NCBI GenBank assembly: GCA_017540645.1
Contig: JAFYAQ010000010.1
Coordinates: forward strand, 25,785-89,784
Direction: 5' to 3'
Source of the DNA: Oscillospiraceae bacterium
GTDB lineage: Bacteria; Bacillota; Clostridia; Oscillospirales; Oscillospiraceae
DNA length: 64,000 bases
Positions 62,674 to 64,000 of the stretch are shown one piece after another; the first letter of the stretch is position 1; each line of letters starts with the position of its first letter. A program made the position numbers and the translations under genes. A model generated the notes under the pieces. That model was not told the DNA's origin. It was given only the letters and a program-made list of their open reading frames with translations, and did no database searches.

Positions 62674-63966
62674 ATGGCAAACAGCATTTTGTTTTTCGGC
62701 TGTATCCTTTTGGTGCTATTCCTGGGTGTCAAGCTGAAAATCAACATTGGATTTATCGCCCTTGCCTTCGCTTTCCTGATTGGGACGACGGCGGGAGGCA
62801 TGTCCGCAGGGGCGGTCGTCAACCTTTTCCCGGTCACCCTGTTTTTCAATTTCTTTATCGCAACATTTCTTTTCGCCTTCGCCTCCCAGAACGGCACCCT
62901 GAAAAAGCTGGCCGAGCATTTGATCTATGCTTGCCGGAACGCCGGCTGGCTGCTGGGAATCCTCTTTTTCCTGGTAACGGCGCTGGTGGCCGGCCTGGGC
63001 GCCGGAGGCGCAGCTCCATTTTTCATGTCGGCAATCTGCTTCAGCCTGGCCATCCAGGCGGGAATCTCCCCGCTGCTGGTTCCCATCGCCATGTGGACCG
63101 GCCCGATGGTAGGTGCCAGCTTTGCATGGACCTCCGGTTACGCCACAAATGTGGGTCAGCTGGAGATCTACTATGACACGGCCACCGCATCGGGCTATGT
63201 GGTAAGCTTCTTTGCTTTCCGCGCGGTGTATTACACCATTTTGTATCTGGTGATGTTCGTTATCCTCAAGGGCTACCGGGTGAACAAAACCAACATCAGC
63301 ATGGCAAAGCCCGAGCCGCTGGACGAGGCGCAGAAAAAGACGCTCGCCATCATTCTCGGTATTATTGTCATGATCGTGATACCGGCCTTTGTACAGTTGA
63401 TTGCACCGAACCCCATTACCAAGTGGCTGACGGCAAAATGCAGTTTCCAGTTTCTAGCCTCCATCGGCATCGTTCTGAACATCCTTTGGAAGACCGCCCC
63501 CTACGATCAGGTGATAAAGAAGCACGTTCCATGGGACACGCTGCTGATGCTGTCTCTGACGGGTATGTACATGGCTTTGGCAAAAAACCTTGGGATCATT
63601 GATTATATGTCGGAGACGCTGCAAAACTCCGTCCCCGCCGTCATGATCATTCCGGGCATCGTGCTGATTATGAGCGTACTCAGCTTCTTTGTGTCCGGTG
63701 GTGTGATCATTCCGATGATGCTGCCGCTGCTGTCGGTGCTCTCGGCGGCCTCCGGCGCGTCCACCGGAGCCATTTACGCCGCGACCCAGATGGGTCTCAC
63801 GTCCAGCAGCATCAGCCCCTTCTCCCAGGGCGGCGCGGCTGCGCTGACCGGCTGTACGGACGAGGCTATCCGCAAAAAGCTGGTAAAACAGCAAACTATC
63901 CTCTCGGGCGTGTTTTCCGCCGTGTTGCTGGTGGTCTCCGCCCTGGGCGCTTTCTCCATATTGTAG
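62674..63966 (+). CDS. Polytopic anion permease, paralogue of 29340-30644
   Basis: 430 aa. The ATG lies 1 nt after the activator stop, with AAGGAG 7 nt upstream. Shares sequence blocks with the operon permease. Confidence 0.7.
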   Translation: MANSILFFGCILLVLFLGVKLKINIGFIALAFAFLIGTTAGGMSAGAVVNLFPVTLFFNFFIATFLFAFASQNGTLKKLAEHLIYACRNAGWLLGILFFLVTALVAGLGAGGAAPFFMSAICFSLAIQAGISPLLVPIAMWTGPMVGASFAWTSGYATNVGQLEIYYDTATASGYVVSFFAFRAVYYTILYLVMFVILKGYRVNKTNISMAKPEPLDEAQKKTLAIILGIIVMIVIPAFVQLIAPNPITKWLTAKCSFQFLASIGIVLNILWKTAPYDQVIKKHVPWDTLLMLSLTGMYMALAKNLGIIDYMSETLQNSVPAVMIIPGIVLIMSVLSFFVSGGVIIPMMLPLLSVLSAASGASTGAIYAATQMGLTSSSISPFSQGGAAALTGCTDEAIRKKLVKQQTILSGVFSAVLLVVSALGAFSIL

Positions 63967-63981
63967 AAAGGAGAGGCTGTT

Positions 63982-64000
63982 ATGCAATATGTGCCATATG
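63982..64000 (+). CDS. 5' end of an unidentified CDS running off the window
   Basis: ATG preceded by AAAGGAGAGG at 6-nt spacing; only 6 codons are visible. Confidence 0.35.

Noticed and set aside
1-64000. CRISPR arrays, rRNA genes, prophage structural genes, toxin-antitoxin pairs
   Set aside because: I saw no regularly spaced direct repeats, no rRNA-like sequence and no capsid, tail or terminase signatures on either strand. I recognised no small adjacent ORF pair with TA-like motifs.

Overview
High-G+C chromosomal segment that looks like a Clostridia-type Firmicute; this is an inference from gene content (ECF S-component, type III CoaX, yerC-his operon, sigma-54/PrpR regulators, VTC/DUF4956/LTD cluster). 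It mixes housekeeping blocks with several accessory inserts. From left to right: (1) a tight co-directional four-gene module made of a RyR-domain K+ channel, an 820-aa secreted orphan protein and two membrane-anchored TIR paralogues, one with a C-terminal TPR array. This is my top candidate for an undescribed system. (2) Small hydrolase, glyoxalase, MBL and FAD genes. (3) A complete his operon (yerC-like regulator, fused hisZ-hisG, hisD, C, B, H, A, F, IE and a PHP histidinol phosphatase). (4) A ~9.9-kb block bracketed by a diverged duplicate of the phosphatase 3' end plus its terminator. It carries a PrpR-type sigma-54 activator and a sigma-54-driven operon (LeuCD-like aconitase-family dehydratase, ICL/PEP-mutase lyase, PrpF, an orphan, MmgE/PrpD, permease). 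(5) CMD-cupin, flavin reductase and azlCD genes, then a LysR-linked cluster (FAD oxidoreductase, DASS permease, Dabb, glycerate 2-kinase, GarR-like reductase). This cluster abuts a truncated cbiF/cobM stub behind a cobalamin-riboswitch-like leader. (6) A visibly lower-G+C ~6.5-kb transporter/OCD/RpiR island next to tRNA-Arg(CCT). (7) coaX with an ECF S-component, a GntR-ABC module, a cytoplasmic alpha-amylase, a FUSC-like fusion, a TSCPD protein and a VTC/DUF4956/lamin-tail-domain cluster. (8) An IS200-type tnpA stub, then a second sigma-54 promoter, an MFS transporter, a second PrpR paralogue and a paralogous permease. No CRISPR array or rRNA was seen. All family calls come from motif recognition by eye; no database search was run.
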